Shown here: piece by piece, positions 50,778 to 61,091 of the stretch
Layout: every line of letters starts with the position of its first letter
Numbering within the stretch: the stretch's first letter is position 1
NCBI GenBank assembly: GCA_965198115.1
Contig: OZ240241.1
Location: 5,568,001-5,632,000 of the forward strand
Direction: 5' to 3'
Source of the DNA: Candidatus Latescibacterota bacterium
Lineage (GTDB): Bacteria; Latescibacterota; UBA2968
DNA length: 64,000 nucleotides
Notes under the pieces: generated by a model
Told to the model about the DNA's origin: nothing
Database searches by the model: none
The model's input: the letters and a program-made list of their open reading frames with translations, nothing else
Position numbers and translations under genes: made by a program

Positions 50778-51701
50778 GTGGCGACCGCTTTTCTCTTCCC
50801 GGGGCAGGCTTCTCAGTACGTGGGCATGGGCAAGGACCTCCACGACGCCGAGGCGGAAGCGAAGACCGTCTTCAATCTGGCCGATCGAACCCTCGACGTT
50901 CCGCTCAAAACGTTCTGCTTCAACGGCCCCGAAGAGTCGCTGCGTCAGACCGCCGTCACCCAACCGGCTGTCTTCGCCCACAGCGTTGCCGCGCTCAGAA
51001 TCCTCGAGCAACACGGGCAAGAGCCCGACTTCGCGGCCGGTCACAGCGTGGGTGAGCTGGCCGCGCTCGTCGCGGCTGGCGCCCTCGACCTGGAAGACGG
51101 CCTGCGACTCGTCGGCGCCCGTGCCCAGGCCATGTCGGCGGCGGGCAAGACACGCCCCGGGGCCATGGCAGCCGTCATCGGGCTCGACGACGACGCGGTC
51201 GTCGCGTTTTGCGAAGAGGCGTCGGCCGATGGTGTCGTCACACCCGCGAACTACAACTGCCCCGGGCAGGTCGCGATTTCGGGTGATGAACGGGCCGTGA
51301 AGAAGGCTATGGTGCTCGCCACCGACCGGGGCGCAAAGCGGGTCGTCGAGCTCGCCATCAGCTGTGCTTTCCACAGCTCGCTCATGGGGCCCGCCGTCGA
51401 TGCGGTCAGGGCCGCACTCGATACCATATCGTTTTCCACGCCCAGGATTCCGGTCGTACCCAACGTGACGGCCGAGCCGACCGAGGACCCTGACAGACTG
51501 AAGCAGCTGCTCGTCGAGCAGGTCATCGCACCCGTTCGTTGGACCCAGAGCATACAGGCCCTGGCTGCCTCGGGTGTCGACGAGGCGATCGAAGTCGGAC
51601 CGGGCAACACCCTGAAAGGGCTCGTTCGCCGCATCGACCGAAACATCGCCGTCAAGACGTGCGGCGTCCTCGACGAAGTCCACGCGCTGGTGGGCGGCTG
51701 A
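50778..51701 (+). CDS. fabD: Malonyl-CoA:ACP transacylase
   Basis: FPGQAS, TQPA, GHSVGE, AFHS, EVGPG. Confidence 0.96.
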   Translation: MATAFLFPGQASQYVGMGKDLHDAEAEAKTVFNLADRTLDVPLKTFCFNGPEESLRQTAVTQPAVFAHSVAALRILEQHGQEPDFAAGHSVGELAALVAAGALDLEDGLRLVGARAQAMSAAGKTRPGAMAAVIGLDDDAVVAFCEEASADGVVTPANYNCPGQVAISGDERAVKKAMVLATDRGAKRVVELAISCAFHSSLMGPAVDAVRAALDTISFSTPRIPVVPNVTAEPTEDPDRLKQLLVEQVIAPVRWTQSIQALAASGVDEAIEVGPGNTLKGLVRRIDRNIAVKTCGVLDEVHALVGG

Positions 51702-51702
51702 C

Positions 51703-52446
51703 GTGTCCCTCGACGGCAAGACCGCGCTGGTCACGGGCGGATCGCGGGGCATCGGGGCAGCCATCGCCCGCGATCTGGCTGAAAGAGGCGCCAATGTCGC
51801 CGTGTGCGCCAGCCGCAGCCTCGATGCGGCGAAGTCCGTCGTGAGCGCGATCGAATCCAGCGGAAAAAAGGGACTGGCGCTCCAGACCGACGTATCCGAC
51901 GCCTCGGCCGTCGACGCCCTCTTCAAACAGATCGGCGACGAGCTCGGGCCCGTCGGTATCCTTGTCAACAACGCCGGCATCAACCGGGATGCCCTGACCG
52001 TGCGAATGAAACCCGAAGAGTGGGACGCTGTCCTCGACGTCAACCTCAAGGGCGCCTATCTCTGCACTCGCGCGGCTGCACGCCCTATGATGAAAGCCCG
52101 GACGGGACGCATCATCAACATTTCCTCCGTCGTGGGCCTGCGGGGAAACGCCGGACAAGCCAACTATGCGGCTTCCAAAGCGGGTCTGATCGGTCTGACC
52201 AAATCGACCGCTCGGGAATTCGCTTCGCGTGGCATCACGGTCAACGCCGTGTGTCCGGGTTACATCCCGACCGACATGACCGAAGGCATCCCCGACGACG
52301 CACGGGACGCCCTGCTCGCTCAGATTCCTCTGGGCCGGATGGGAACGCCCGAGGAAGTCGCCGCCGCCGTCGGGTTCCTGGCTTCCGACGACGCGGCCTA
52401 CATTACCGGGCAGGCGCTCGTCATCGACGGTGGCATGGTGATGTAA
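51703..52446 (+). CDS. fabG: 3-oxoacyl-ACP reductase
   Basis: TGGSRGIG, NNAGI, GNAGQANYAASK, IDGGM. Confidence 0.96.
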   Translation: MSLDGKTALVTGGSRGIGAAIARDLAERGANVAVCASRSLDAAKSVVSAIESSGKKGLALQTDVSDASAVDALFKQIGDELGPVGILVNNAGINRDALTVRMKPEEWDAVLDVNLKGAYLCTRAAARPMMKARTGRIINISSVVGLRGNAGQANYAASKAGLIGLTKSTAREFASRGITVNAVCPGYIPTDMTEGIPDDARDALLAQIPLGRMGTPEEVAAAVGFLASDDAAYITGQALVIDGGMVM

Positions 52447-52510
52447 GGACACGGCCTCCCGATGAAGAGGCCGCAACCGGCCGAACAGTCGGCCACACAC
52501 GGAGGATCGC

Positions 52511-52753
52511 ATGGCGGAAGATATTCAGCAGAAGGTGATCGACCTCATCGTCGACCAACTTGGTGTGGACGCCGACAATGTTGACCCGTCCAAGCACTTC
52601 ATCGACGACCTGGGCGCGGACTCTCTCGACACGGTCGAGCTCGTGATGGCATTCGAGGAGGAGTTCGAGATCGAAATTCCCGACGAAGACGCCGAAAAGC
52701 TCGAAACCGTCGGGAACGCCATCGAATACCTGAACAAGAAACTTGATGACTAG
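52511..52753 (+). CDS. acpP: Acyl carrier protein
   Basis: [20 protein letters not shown]. Confidence 0.97.
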   Translation: MAEDIQQKVIDLIVDQLGVDADNVDPSKHFIDDLGADSLDTVELVMAFEEEFEIEIPDEDAEKLETVGNAIEYLNKKLDD

Positions 52754-52774
52754 TCGCCGCAGGAGGAACATTGC

Positions 52775-54025
52775 GTGAAACGTGACCGCCGCATCGTCGT
52801 CACGGGGCTCGGCGCGCTCGCGCCGAATGGCTCGACGACGGAGGACTACTGGGACGCCCTCGTCAACGGCCGAACCGGGATCGGCCCGATCCAGCGATTC
52901 GACACCACGGATTTCCGTGTCCGAATCGGTGGCGAAGTCAAAGACTTCGACCCCGAACGATACGGTATGGACCGCAAGTTCGTCCGAAGGGCCGACCTCT
53001 ACACCCAGTACACGATTGCCTCCGCCCGAATGGCCATCGATGATGCCAATCTCGACACGTCGGCCGAAGACCCCGAACGCGTCGGTGTCGTCTACGGATC
53101 GGGCATCGGTGGAATCGAAACGTTCGAAACGCAGCACACCGCCCTGATGAAAGGCGGGCCCAAACGCATCAGTCCCTTCTTCATTCCCATGATGATCGCC
53201 GACATCGGAACCGGTCAGGCCTCCATCGTGTTCGGAGCTAAAGGTCCCAACTATGCGACCGTCACCGCGTGCGCCTCGGCCACGCACGCGATCGGAAACG
53301 CGTGTCGCGAAATATGGGATGACGAAGCCGATGTCATGATCACCGGCGGGGCGGAGGCCGCCATCACTCCCATGTCTCTCGGTGGATTCGCCTCCCTTCA
53401 CGCACTCTCGACCCGAAACGAAGAACCCGAAAAAGCGAGTCGCCCGTTCGATGCGGAACGGGATGGGTTCGTCCTGGGCGAGGGCGCCGGCGGACTGATC
53501 GTCGAAGAACTGGAACACGCACGATCCCGGGGAGCGAAGATCTACGCCGAAATCGTCGGCGCCGGCTACACCGGCGATGCCTATCACATCACCGACATGG
53601 CACCCGGTGGTGAGGGCGGTGCACGCGCCGTCCGCAGAGCCCTGAAGCAGGCCGACCTCGAACCGTCCGACGTCGATTACATCAACGCCCACGGCACGTC
53701 GACACCCGTCGGCGACAAAAACGAGTCCGCCGCCATCCACACGGTATTCGGCGACCACGTAAAAAAGCTGGCGGTCAGCTCGACCAAATCGATGACGGGC
53801 CACCTCCTCGGCGCATCCGGCGCCATCGAATCGATTGCGTCGATCCTCGCCATCCATCACGGCGTGCTCCCTCCTACGATCAACTACGAAAATCCCGACC
53901 CCGAGTGCGATCTCGACTACGTACCGAACGAAGCTCGGAAGGCCGATGTTTCTGTTGCCGTCAACAACTCATTCGGATTCGGAGGTCACAACGCGGTCCT
54001 CGTCATCAAAAAGGTCACGGACTAA
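52775..54025 (+). CDS. fabF: 3-oxoacyl-ACP synthase II
   Basis: TACAS, NAHGTST, KSMTGHLLGA, NSFGFGG. Confidence 0.96.
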   Translation: MKRDRRIVVTGLGALAPNGSTTEDYWDALVNGRTGIGPIQRFDTTDFRVRIGGEVKDFDPERYGMDRKFVRRADLYTQYTIASARMAIDDANLDTSAEDPERVGVVYGSGIGGIETFETQHTALMKGGPKRISPFFIPMMIADIGTGQASIVFGAKGPNYATVTACASATHAIGNACREIWDDEADVMITGGAEAAITPMSLGGFASLHALSTRNEEPEKASRPFDAERDGFVLGEGAGGLIVEELEHARSRGAKIYAEIVGAGYTGDAYHITDMAPGGEGGARAVRRALKQADLEPSDVDYINAHGTSTPVGDKNESAAIHTVFGDHVKKLAVSSTKSMTGHLLGASGAIESIASILAIHHGVLPPTINYENPDPECDLDYVPNEARKADVSVAVNNSFGFGGHNAVLVIKKVTD

Positions 54026-54039
54026 TCGGAAGGGGATCG

Positions 54040-54780
54040 GTGATCGGCATCTTCGGGAAACTGCGCAGATGGGTCGGAAGCGACGAGACGACCGAACTGC
54101 ACGCACTCCAAACGCAGATCGATTACGCGTTCAACAATCCGGCTCTGCTCGATCAGGCTCTCAAGCATCGTTCTCATGTCTACGCCGTCGACGAAGAAGG
54201 CATCGCGTCCAACGAACGACTGGAATTTCTGGGCGACGCGGTCCTCGACCTCATCGTGACCGAGTATCTCTACCGACGCCATCCAGACCACCACGAAGGC
54301 GAGCTGACACAAGTCAAGTCGCTGCTCGTCAGCAAGACCATCCTCGCCGACAAGGCACGCATCATCCGAATCGGTGAGTTCATGCACCTGAGCAAGGAAG
54401 AATCCCACGCCGGAGGCAGGGCACGCACGTCGATCCTCGGCGATGCCTTCGAAGCGATTCTCGGTGCGGTCTACCTCGACGGCGGGCTGGCAGCGGCAGA
54501 AGGCTTTGTTCGGCGCCACTTGCTGTCGAACCTCGACGCGATCACCTCCGACGGAGACCACCTCAACTTCAAGAGCACGCTCCTCGAGCACACGCAAAGT
54601 GAGGGACGGGGCCATCCCCGCTACCTCGTCAACGCCGAGGAGGGACCGGACCATCGCAAAACGTTTACCGTCGAAGTCCTCGTCGGAGGCGATCGAATGG
54701 GATTGGGACGGGGGCGAAGCAAGAAAGAGGCGCAGCAGATGGCGGCCCGCGAAGCCCTGCAAAAGCTGGGGGTCTCATAA
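54040..54780 (+). CDS. rnc: Ribonuclease III
   Basis: NERLEFLGDAVL, DAFEA; dsRBD GRSKKEAQQ.AA. Confidence 0.96.
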   Translation: MIGIFGKLRRWVGSDETTELHALQTQIDYAFNNPALLDQALKHRSHVYAVDEEGIASNERLEFLGDAVLDLIVTEYLYRRHPDHHEGELTQVKSLLVSKTILADKARIIRIGEFMHLSKEESHAGGRARTSILGDAFEAILGAVYLDGGLAAAEGFVRRHLLSNLDAITSDGDHLNFKSTLLEHTQSEGRGHPRYLVNAEEGPDHRKTFTVEVLVGGDRMGLGRGRSKKEAQQMAAREALQKLGVS

Positions 54781-54781
54781 C

Positions 54782-55654
54782 GTGACTGTCGGACAGGCTC
54801 CCCGCCGATGGCGTTTCCTGAACACCGGGTTCGGAAACGCCTTTTTCAATATGGCCCTCGACGAAGTCCTCGCCCGTGCGGTGAGCTCGGGCGACGCCGA
54901 TCCGACGATCCGCGTGTTCGGATGGCAACCTCCCGCAGTGTCATTCGGCTACGCCCAGCGCGTGAGCCGGGACATCGATGCACAGGCCTGTCGCAGAAGC
55001 GGCGTCGACATCGTGCGACGCCCGACCGGGGGGCGCGCCGTCCTCCACTCTAACGAGCTCACCTACAGCGTCGTTTGTGGCGAAAACGACCCTGTCATCG
55101 GCGCCACGATCCAGGACGCCTACCGGACGATCAGCCGATGCCTCGTGGCCGGAGTGCGCGCCCTCGGTGTCGAGGCCCGATTCGAACCGGGCCGTCGGCC
55201 TGCACCGTCGCCCCTGGCCAAAGACCTCGCCGCGCCCTGCTTTTCGAGCACCTCGCAATACGAAGTCATCGTCGACGGAAAGAAGCTCGTCGGCAGCGCT
55301 CAGCGTCGATTCGGGGGGGCCACGCTGCAGCACGGGTCTCTCCTGATCGGCCCCGAGCACAAGGGCATCGTCGATCTGTTGCCAGAAAACCACGATCGAC
55401 TTCGGAAAGTGTTTTCCGAACAGCTCGAAGCGCACACCATCAGTCTGGCCGAAGCCGGCCACCCGCACATCCAATTTGCGCACATCGCCCGGGCACTCCG
55501 AATCGCCTTCGCTGACGAACTCGACACAGAACTCGTCGAGGGCCCGCTTCAACCCGAAGAACGACAAGCGGCCGAGGATCTCGCTCGGCGCAGGTATGCG
55601 ACCGACGAATGGAACTACCGAGATCGTGAGCGCCTCGCCGGGGAAATCGTCTGA
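54782..55654 (+). CDS. Lipoate-protein ligase/octanoyltransferase (LipM/LplA family)
   Basis: NMALDE, RRPTGGRAVLH, CF, KLVGSAQ, LQHGS. Confidence 0.9.
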   Translation: MTVGQAPRRWRFLNTGFGNAFFNMALDEVLARAVSSGDADPTIRVFGWQPPAVSFGYAQRVSRDIDAQACRRSGVDIVRRPTGGRAVLHSNELTYSVVCGENDPVIGATIQDAYRTISRCLVAGVRALGVEARFEPGRRPAPSPLAKDLAAPCFSSTSQYEVIVDGKKLVGSAQRRFGGATLQHGSLLIGPEHKGIVDLLPENHDRLRKVFSEQLEAHTISLAEAGHPHIQFAHIARALRIAFADELDTELVEGPLQPEERQAAEDLARRRYATDEWNYRDRERLAGEIV

Positions 55655-55750
55655 TATCTCCAAGGAAAGCGGTCACGAGGTCGTAGCCGGCCTTTGGCGC
55701 TTCGTTCGAGACCAAACCCGAGAAAACCGTTGATTCCGGGGCACTAAAGC

Positions 55751-56104
55751 GTGAACATTGGCTGGTCCCGACTACGCGCGTTCCTTGCCCGTCTCCAGGT
55801 CGGCGCATCGCACGCCTTTGCCATCGACCCACCCGAAGATGCGATCACGCCCGAAGAGGACGACCTCGCAGAACGGTTCGCACGCTTCATCGTCAACCGG
55901 GACCTGACGGCCCCCGCCACCGCCGCACTGGAAGCGAGTCGTCCTTACAATTTTCTCGGGAGTCAGTTTCTGACATTCATGTCTCCGTTCGTCCACACCG
56001 TTTTCAAGGGCCACGACTACGATCGATTCGTGAGGTTTCTCGAAAAGCGACGAAGTGTCGATCGTCTGATCGACGCGCTCGCGAAGGTCCAGGATGAGCG
56101 CTGA
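55751..56104 (+). CDS. Hypothetical protein
   Basis: 117 aa; LEASRPYNFLGSQFL..PF...FLEKR; overlaps the start of the GlmL-like gene. Confidence 0.6.
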   Translation: MNIGWSRLRAFLARLQVGASHAFAIDPPEDAITPEEDDLAERFARFIVNRDLTAPATAALEASRPYNFLGSQFLTFMSPFVHTVFKGHDYDRFVRFLEKRRSVDRLIDALAKVQDER

Positions 56105-57911
56105 TCTCGACGTCGTCATCGCCACGGATTGCGGCAGCACGACGACCAAGGCGATTCTGATCGAGAAAGTGGGCGACGTCTATCGTCAGACGTTCCGGGG
56201 CGAAGCCCCAACCACGGTCGAAGCCCCGATCGAAGACGTCACCAGAGGGGTCCTGAACGCCATCGAGGAGATCGAGGAACTTTCAGGGCGAAGAATCCTC
56301 GATGGCGAAAAGATCGTCACCCCCGCTTCTGCCGAGGCGGGTGTCGATCTCTACATCTCCACCAGCAGCGCCGGTGGGGGTTTACAGATGATGGTCGCTG
56401 GCGTCGTCACTTCCATGACGGGCGAAAGCGCCCAGCGTGCGGCGCTCGGCGCCGGAGCCATCGTCATGGACGTCCTGGCCTCGAACGACGGACGCCAGCC
56501 CCACCAGAAGATCGAACGCATCCGACACCTGCGTCCCGACATGATCCTCCTCTCCGGCGGCACCGACGGGGGCACGGTCAGCCACGTCGTCGAGCTCGCC
56601 GAATTCATCGGTGCTGCCGATCCTCGACCTCGGTTCGGCTCCGAGTTTCGGTTGCCCGTCATCTTTGCCGGGAACCAGGACGCCAGCCCGGAGATTGAAA
56701 AGACGTTGGGCCCAAAAACAGCCCTGACCGTGACCGAAAACATTCGCCCCGTACTCGAACAGGAAAACCTGGGTCCCGCTCGTCAGGTCATCCACGACCT
56801 GTTTCTCGAACACGTCATGGCTCAGGCCCCGGGGTATCCGAAGCTGATAGACTGGGCGGGAGCGCCCATCATGCCGACGCCGGGCGCCGTCGGTCTGATG
56901 ATGCAGAGCGTCGCCAGACAGCAAGGCATCAACATCGTCGGTGTCGACATCGGCGGCGCCACGACCGACGTCTTCAGCGTATTCGATCACACGTTCAACA
57001 GGAGTGTGAGCGCCAACCTCGGAATGTCCTACAGCGTGTCGAACGTCCTGGCCGAGGCCGGTCTGGACAACGTCCTTCGGTGGGTGCCGTTCGAGATCGA
57101 AGAGACCGACCTGAAGGACCGGATCAAGAACAAGATGATCCGTCCGACGACCGTTCCTCAAACGCTCGACGAGCTGCAGATCGAGCAGGCCATCGCTCGC
57201 GAAGCTCTGAGACTGGCGTTCGAGCAGCACCGGTCCCTCGCGGTGGGCCTCAAAGGGGTTCAAACCGAACGCAGTCTGTCCGACGTGTTCGAGCAGTCGG
57301 CCACGGGCGAGAGCCTCATTCAGATGATGGACCTCGACCTCCTCATCGCGAGTGGCGGGGTTCTCTCACACGCTCCGTTGCGACAGCAGACAACGGCCAT
57401 GTTGATCGACGCCTTCCAGCCCGAAGGCGTCACCCGACTGGCCGTCGACAGCATTTTTATGATGCCCCACCTGGGTGTGCTGTCATCCGTCGACGAGCGA
57501 GCCGCGGCCGATGTCTTCGAACGCGACTGTCTCGTCGACCTGGGTACGTGTGTCGCACCGGTTGCGAGAGGCCGGGCCGAAGAATCGTGTTTGACCTACG
57601 AGCTCACAACCAATGGCAACGTGTCAACAGGCAAGCTCAAACGAGGCGAGCTCCAACGGGTTCCGTTGACCGAATCAGGACAACTCACGCTCACCCCCGG
57701 GAAAGGGTGGGATGTCGGAACCGGCCCGGGACAACCCTTCTCAAGGGACGTAATTGGAGGCGCGGTCGGTCTCGTGATGGACGGTCGCAACCGGCCAATC
57801 GAATTCCCACGCGAAGCTGATGCCCGAAACGAACTGAGCGCCGCCTGGGCGGCCGCACTCGAACTTTATCCCCCGCAAGAGTCGAATAGCAGCTCGGCTA
57901 CTACAGCCTGA
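56094..57911 (+). CDS. GlmL/MutL (glutamate mutase reactivase)-like actin-fold ATPase
   Basis: DCGSTTTK, SSAGGGL, LSGGTDGG, MPTP, VDIGGATTDV, SGGVLSH. Confidence 0.8.
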   Translation: MSADLDVVIATDCGSTTTKAILIEKVGDVYRQTFRGEAPTTVEAPIEDVTRGVLNAIEEIEELSGRRILDGEKIVTPASAEAGVDLYISTSSAGGGLQMMVAGVVTSMTGESAQRAALGAGAIVMDVLASNDGRQPHQKIERIRHLRPDMILLSGGTDGGTVSHVVELAEFIGAADPRPRFGSEFRLPVIFAGNQDASPEIEKTLGPKTALTVTENIRPVLEQENLGPARQVIHDLFLEHVMAQAPGYPKLIDWAGAPIMPTPGAVGLMMQSVARQQGINIVGVDIGGATTDVFSVFDHTFNRSVSANLGMSYSVSNVLAEAGLDNVLRWVPFEIEETDLKDRIKNKMIRPTTVPQTLDELQIEQAIAREALRLAFEQHRSLAVGLKGVQTERSLSDVFEQSATGESLIQMMDLDLLIASGGVLSHAPLRQQTTAMLIDAFQPEGVTRLAVDSIFMMPHLGVLSSVDERAAADVFERDCLVDLGTCVAPVARGRAEESCLTYELTTNGNVSTGKLKRGELQRVPLTESGQLTLTPGKGWDVGTGPGQPFSRDVIGGAVGLVMDGRNRPIEFPREADARNELSAAWAAALELYPPQESNSSSATTA

Positions 57912-57933
57912 AGAAACCCCAAGGAGGGGCACC

Positions 57934-59769
57934 ATGCTCCGAAGACTTGTCTCGCTCTCACTTTCGATAGTCGTCCTCGCAGGTCAAGCGCGATCACAAG
58001 AACCCGCGGATTGGAAGAAGGTAGAGGACATACTCATCACGACGCAGGACGTCGTCGTTCTCGACGGAATAGAAAAGGCTCCAACACGACGTCCTGCCGA
58101 CAATCCGGTCTTTGGGGATTGGCTTGTTCGGCATCAGCTCTCGGACCCGTCGAACTTGAATCCCTACACTTCCTCCGACGCGGCGTCGTCCGATGTGACA
58201 TTCTCGAACATCCACGAGACGATGCTCCATCCCGTGCTGGACCCACCGTTCGAACTCGAGGGTAAGCTCGCGGAGGGATACCCCGAAATCTCTGAAGACA
58301 AACTGCGCTACACCTTCACGCTGAGGAAAGACGCGAATTTCTCCGACGGGAAACCGGTCTCAGCCGACGACGTGCACTTCAGCATGAAGGCGATCCTGAA
58401 CCCGAAAGTGCTCGCCCCGGCTCGACGGAACTACTTTGCGTCGGTCCAGGACGTTATCCAGCACGACAAACACCGCATCACCTTCGTGCTGAAGGAGCCC
58501 TACTTCAGGAATGACGTCTCTCTGGGCTTGATGGAAGTCATCCCTCGGCACTTCTACGATCCAGACGGGCTCATGGACAACGTCACCGTCAAAGAGTTGA
58601 AGGACGGTTCGTGGGAAACAAGTCCGAACGCCGAGGTGGTGAATCGGTTCGCCGATCAGTTCAATCAAAATTTCGGCCGAGCCGCGATGGGGTCCGGACC
58701 CTATGCGCTCGTGAATCCCGACGAGGACTTCGTGACCGGGCAGAAGTGCGTCATCACACGCAACACCGACTACTGGGGCCTGGGCAAGACGACAAGAGGA
58801 CCCGGCTACGTGGACAAAGTGCTGTTCAAAACGATCAACAACCAGGATGCCGCCTTCATCGAACTGACCAACGGAAACCTGGACTATCACGAACTCAAGC
58901 CCCTGGAGTTCAGAGAGAAGAGCTGGTCACCCGAATTCGTCGAGCGTTTCTACAAGGCCGTCGAATACCAGGGCAGCTATTACTACATCGGCTGGGACAA
59001 CAAGCATCCGATTTTCAGGGACAAACGTATCCGCAAGGCCATGACTCTGATGACTGACCGTGAGGGCCTCGTCCGCAACCTCCTGTTCGGGCTGGGAGAG
59101 ATCATCGTGGGGCCCGTCCATCGAACACGACCTGAATATAACAACGACATCGAGCCGCTGCCCTACAACCCGGACGCCGCACTCGATCTGATCGACGAAG
59201 CAGGATGGGAGGACACCGACAGCGATGGTCTTCTCGACAAGGAGATCGACGGAACGCGGATCCCGTTCAAGTTCACGATCCTCGTCAACTCGGGGAACCA
59301 GGTCCGGAAAGACGTCGCTCTGACCCTGCAGGCCGAACTGGCCGACGTGGGAATCGAAATGAACGTTCGCGAACTCGATTGGTCCGTCTTCCTGGAGGAA
59401 GTCAAAAGTCAGCGTGCAGAGGCTTTCGTGCTCGGCTGGCGTTACAGCCTTACCTACTATCCGGACCCTTACCAGATCTGGCACTCATCGCAGTCGGAGG
59501 ACGGCGGATCGAACAGCATCTCATTCATCAACGAAGAGGTGGATGAGATCCTCGAAACCTACCGGAAGACGTTCGACTTCGAGAAGCGGAAGCAGATGCT
59601 TCGCCGCTTCCAGGAGATCGTCCACGAGGAACAACCCTACACTTTCTTGTGGAATCCCCGCGTAACGAGTGCTTATAGCCGAAGATTCCAGAACGTCATC
59701 TGGTATTCTGCAGGCGGCGACACGCGCGACTGGTTCGTTAAACCAGAGGCACGGCTTTACGCGGACTGA
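57934..59769 (+). CDS. Peptide/nickel ABC transporter substrate-binding protein (SBP family 5)
   Basis: YTFTLRKDA.FSDG.PVSADDV, GSGPY, F.DKRIRKA, YNPD.A, HEEQPY. Confidence 0.9.
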   Translation: MLRRLVSLSLSIVVLAGQARSQEPADWKKVEDILITTQDVVVLDGIEKAPTRRPADNPVFGDWLVRHQLSDPSNLNPYTSSDAASSDVTFSNIHETMLHPVLDPPFELEGKLAEGYPEISEDKLRYTFTLRKDANFSDGKPVSADDVHFSMKAILNPKVLAPARRNYFASVQDVIQHDKHRITFVLKEPYFRNDVSLGLMEVIPRHFYDPDGLMDNVTVKELKDGSWETSPNAEVVNRFADQFNQNFGRAAMGSGPYALVNPDEDFVTGQKCVITRNTDYWGLGKTTRGPGYVDKVLFKTINNQDAAFIELTNGNLDYHELKPLEFREKSWSPEFVERFYKAVEYQGSYYYIGWDNKHPIFRDKRIRKAMTLMTDREGLVRNLLFGLGEIIVGPVHRTRPEYNNDIEPLPYNPDAALDLIDEAGWEDTDSDGLLDKEIDGTRIPFKFTILVNSGNQVRKDVALTLQAELADVGIEMNVRELDWSVFLEEVKSQRAEAFVLGWRYSLTYYPDPYQIWHSSQSEDGGSNSISFINEEVDEILETYRKTFDFEKRKQMLRRFQEIVHEEQPYTFLWNPRVTSAYSRRFQNVIWYSAGGDTRDWFVKPEARLYAD

Positions 59770-59789
59770 GCGCCCTTCGTCAGAACTCG

Positions 59790-61091
59790 ATGCTCAACTA
59801 CATCATCCAACGCGTCCTGCTGTTCGTCCCAACGCTGATCGGTATCACGATCGTGACGTTCAGCATCATGCACATCGCCCCTGGAGATCCCGTCGACCTG
59901 TTCGTGGGTGGGCTGGCCGGCGGCGACGGGATCAACACCGACGAGCAGAGCGACCTGGAAAAGACCCGCCAGGATCTGCGTAAGCAGCTCGGACTCGATC
60001 AACCCCTCTATGTTCAGTACTTCAGCTGGCTGGCCAATCTGGTGTGCCGCATCGAGACGATCACCCCCTTCGAGCGGTCCGCCATGATCACCGACAGCGT
60101 GTTGCGCAATCTCACGCCGGCCGAGCGAAAACAACTCGGCGAACTCGAGAACGCGGATCGTAAAGCGTATTTCGTCGATCTGGTCAAGACCCACGCGCCG
60201 AACGACCTGGAACCCCTCACCAGCTCAGGGTTCTGGCTGCTCAAGAGTATCCGACTCGAGCGGAACTACCGCCCGACCACCTCCGGCTTGCTCCTCTACG
60301 AGTCCGAGTTCACCCGGATCGTCACACTCAACTTCGGACGATCCTTTAAAGACCAGCAGGCCGTCATCGAGAGAATCCTGGAGCGTATTCCGATCACGCT
60401 CGAGATCAACTTGATAGCGCTTCTGATCGCCTACGCCGTCGGTGTGCCCCTCGGGATTTACCAATCAATCCGACAGAACAAGCCGGTAGACCGAAACTTG
60501 ACCGCAATGACCTTCGCGCTCTGGTCGATGCCAACGTTCTGGGTCGGCATGCTGCTGATCATTTTCTTATGCAATAAAGAGTTCTTCTACTGGTTTCCCG
60601 CCGCCGGTGTCCAGTCCCTCGACGTGAACGCCTCCTGGTCGTTGTTCGATCGACTGACCGACCACGCACACCACATGGTCCTGCCAATTCTGGCTTCTTC
60701 GTATTCAAGCTTCGCGGGCATCTCTCGATACATGCGGACGAGCATGCTGGAGAACCTTCGACTCGACTACGTCAGGACTGCCCGGGCCAAGGGCCTGCAG
60801 GAAAGGGCCGTGGTTCTCCATCACGTGCTCCGCAACTCGCTCATCCCCATCGTAACCCTGTTCGCCTACCTGCTGCCTGGTTTGATCGCCGGGTCGATTT
60901 TCATCGAAACGATCTTCACGATCCCCGGCATGGGATTTCTGGCTTTCGAATCCGTCCTCATTCGCGACTATCCAATGGTGATGGCCCTCTTCTTCATTGG
61001 ATCGGTCCTCTCACTCGTCAGCATTCTCATCGCGGACATCTTGCTCAAAGTCGTCGATCCTCGCATCGAGTTCTCGAAGGCACCCTCCTGA
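59790..61091 (+). CDS. Peptide ABC permease (OppB/DppB-like) with an inserted soluble segment
   Basis: APGDP, LGLDQPLYVQY, NFGRS, DYVRTARAKGL, IETIF.IPGMG, DPRI. Confidence 0.92.
   Translation: MLNYIIQRVLLFVPTLIGITIVTFSIMHIAPGDPVDLFVGGLAGGDGINTDEQSDLEKTRQDLRKQLGLDQPLYVQYFSWLANLVCRIETITPFERSAMITDSVLRNLTPAERKQLGELENADRKAYFVDLVKTHAPNDLEPLTSSGFWLLKSIRLERNYRPTTSGLLLYESEFTRIVTLNFGRSFKDQQAVIERILERIPITLEINLIALLIAYAVGVPLGIYQSIRQNKPVDRNLTAMTFALWSMPTFWVGMLLIIFLCNKEFFYWFPAAGVQSLDVNASWSLFDRLTDHAHHMVLPILASSYSSFAGISRYMRTSMLENLRLDYVRTARAKGLQERAVVLHHVLRNSLIPIVTLFAYLLPGLIAGSIFIETIFTIPGMGFLAFESVLIRDYPMVMALFFIGSVLSLVSILIADILLKVVDPRIEFSKAPS

Noticed and set aside
49782-54025. fab genes as a PKS/secondary-metabolite cluster
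   Set aside because: Canonical housekeeping FAS II order with rpmF and rnc.
56094-57911. DNA mismatch-repair MutL
   Set aside because: The motifs are actin-fold (DxGxTTT, DIGGATTD) GlmL-type, not GHKL ATPase.
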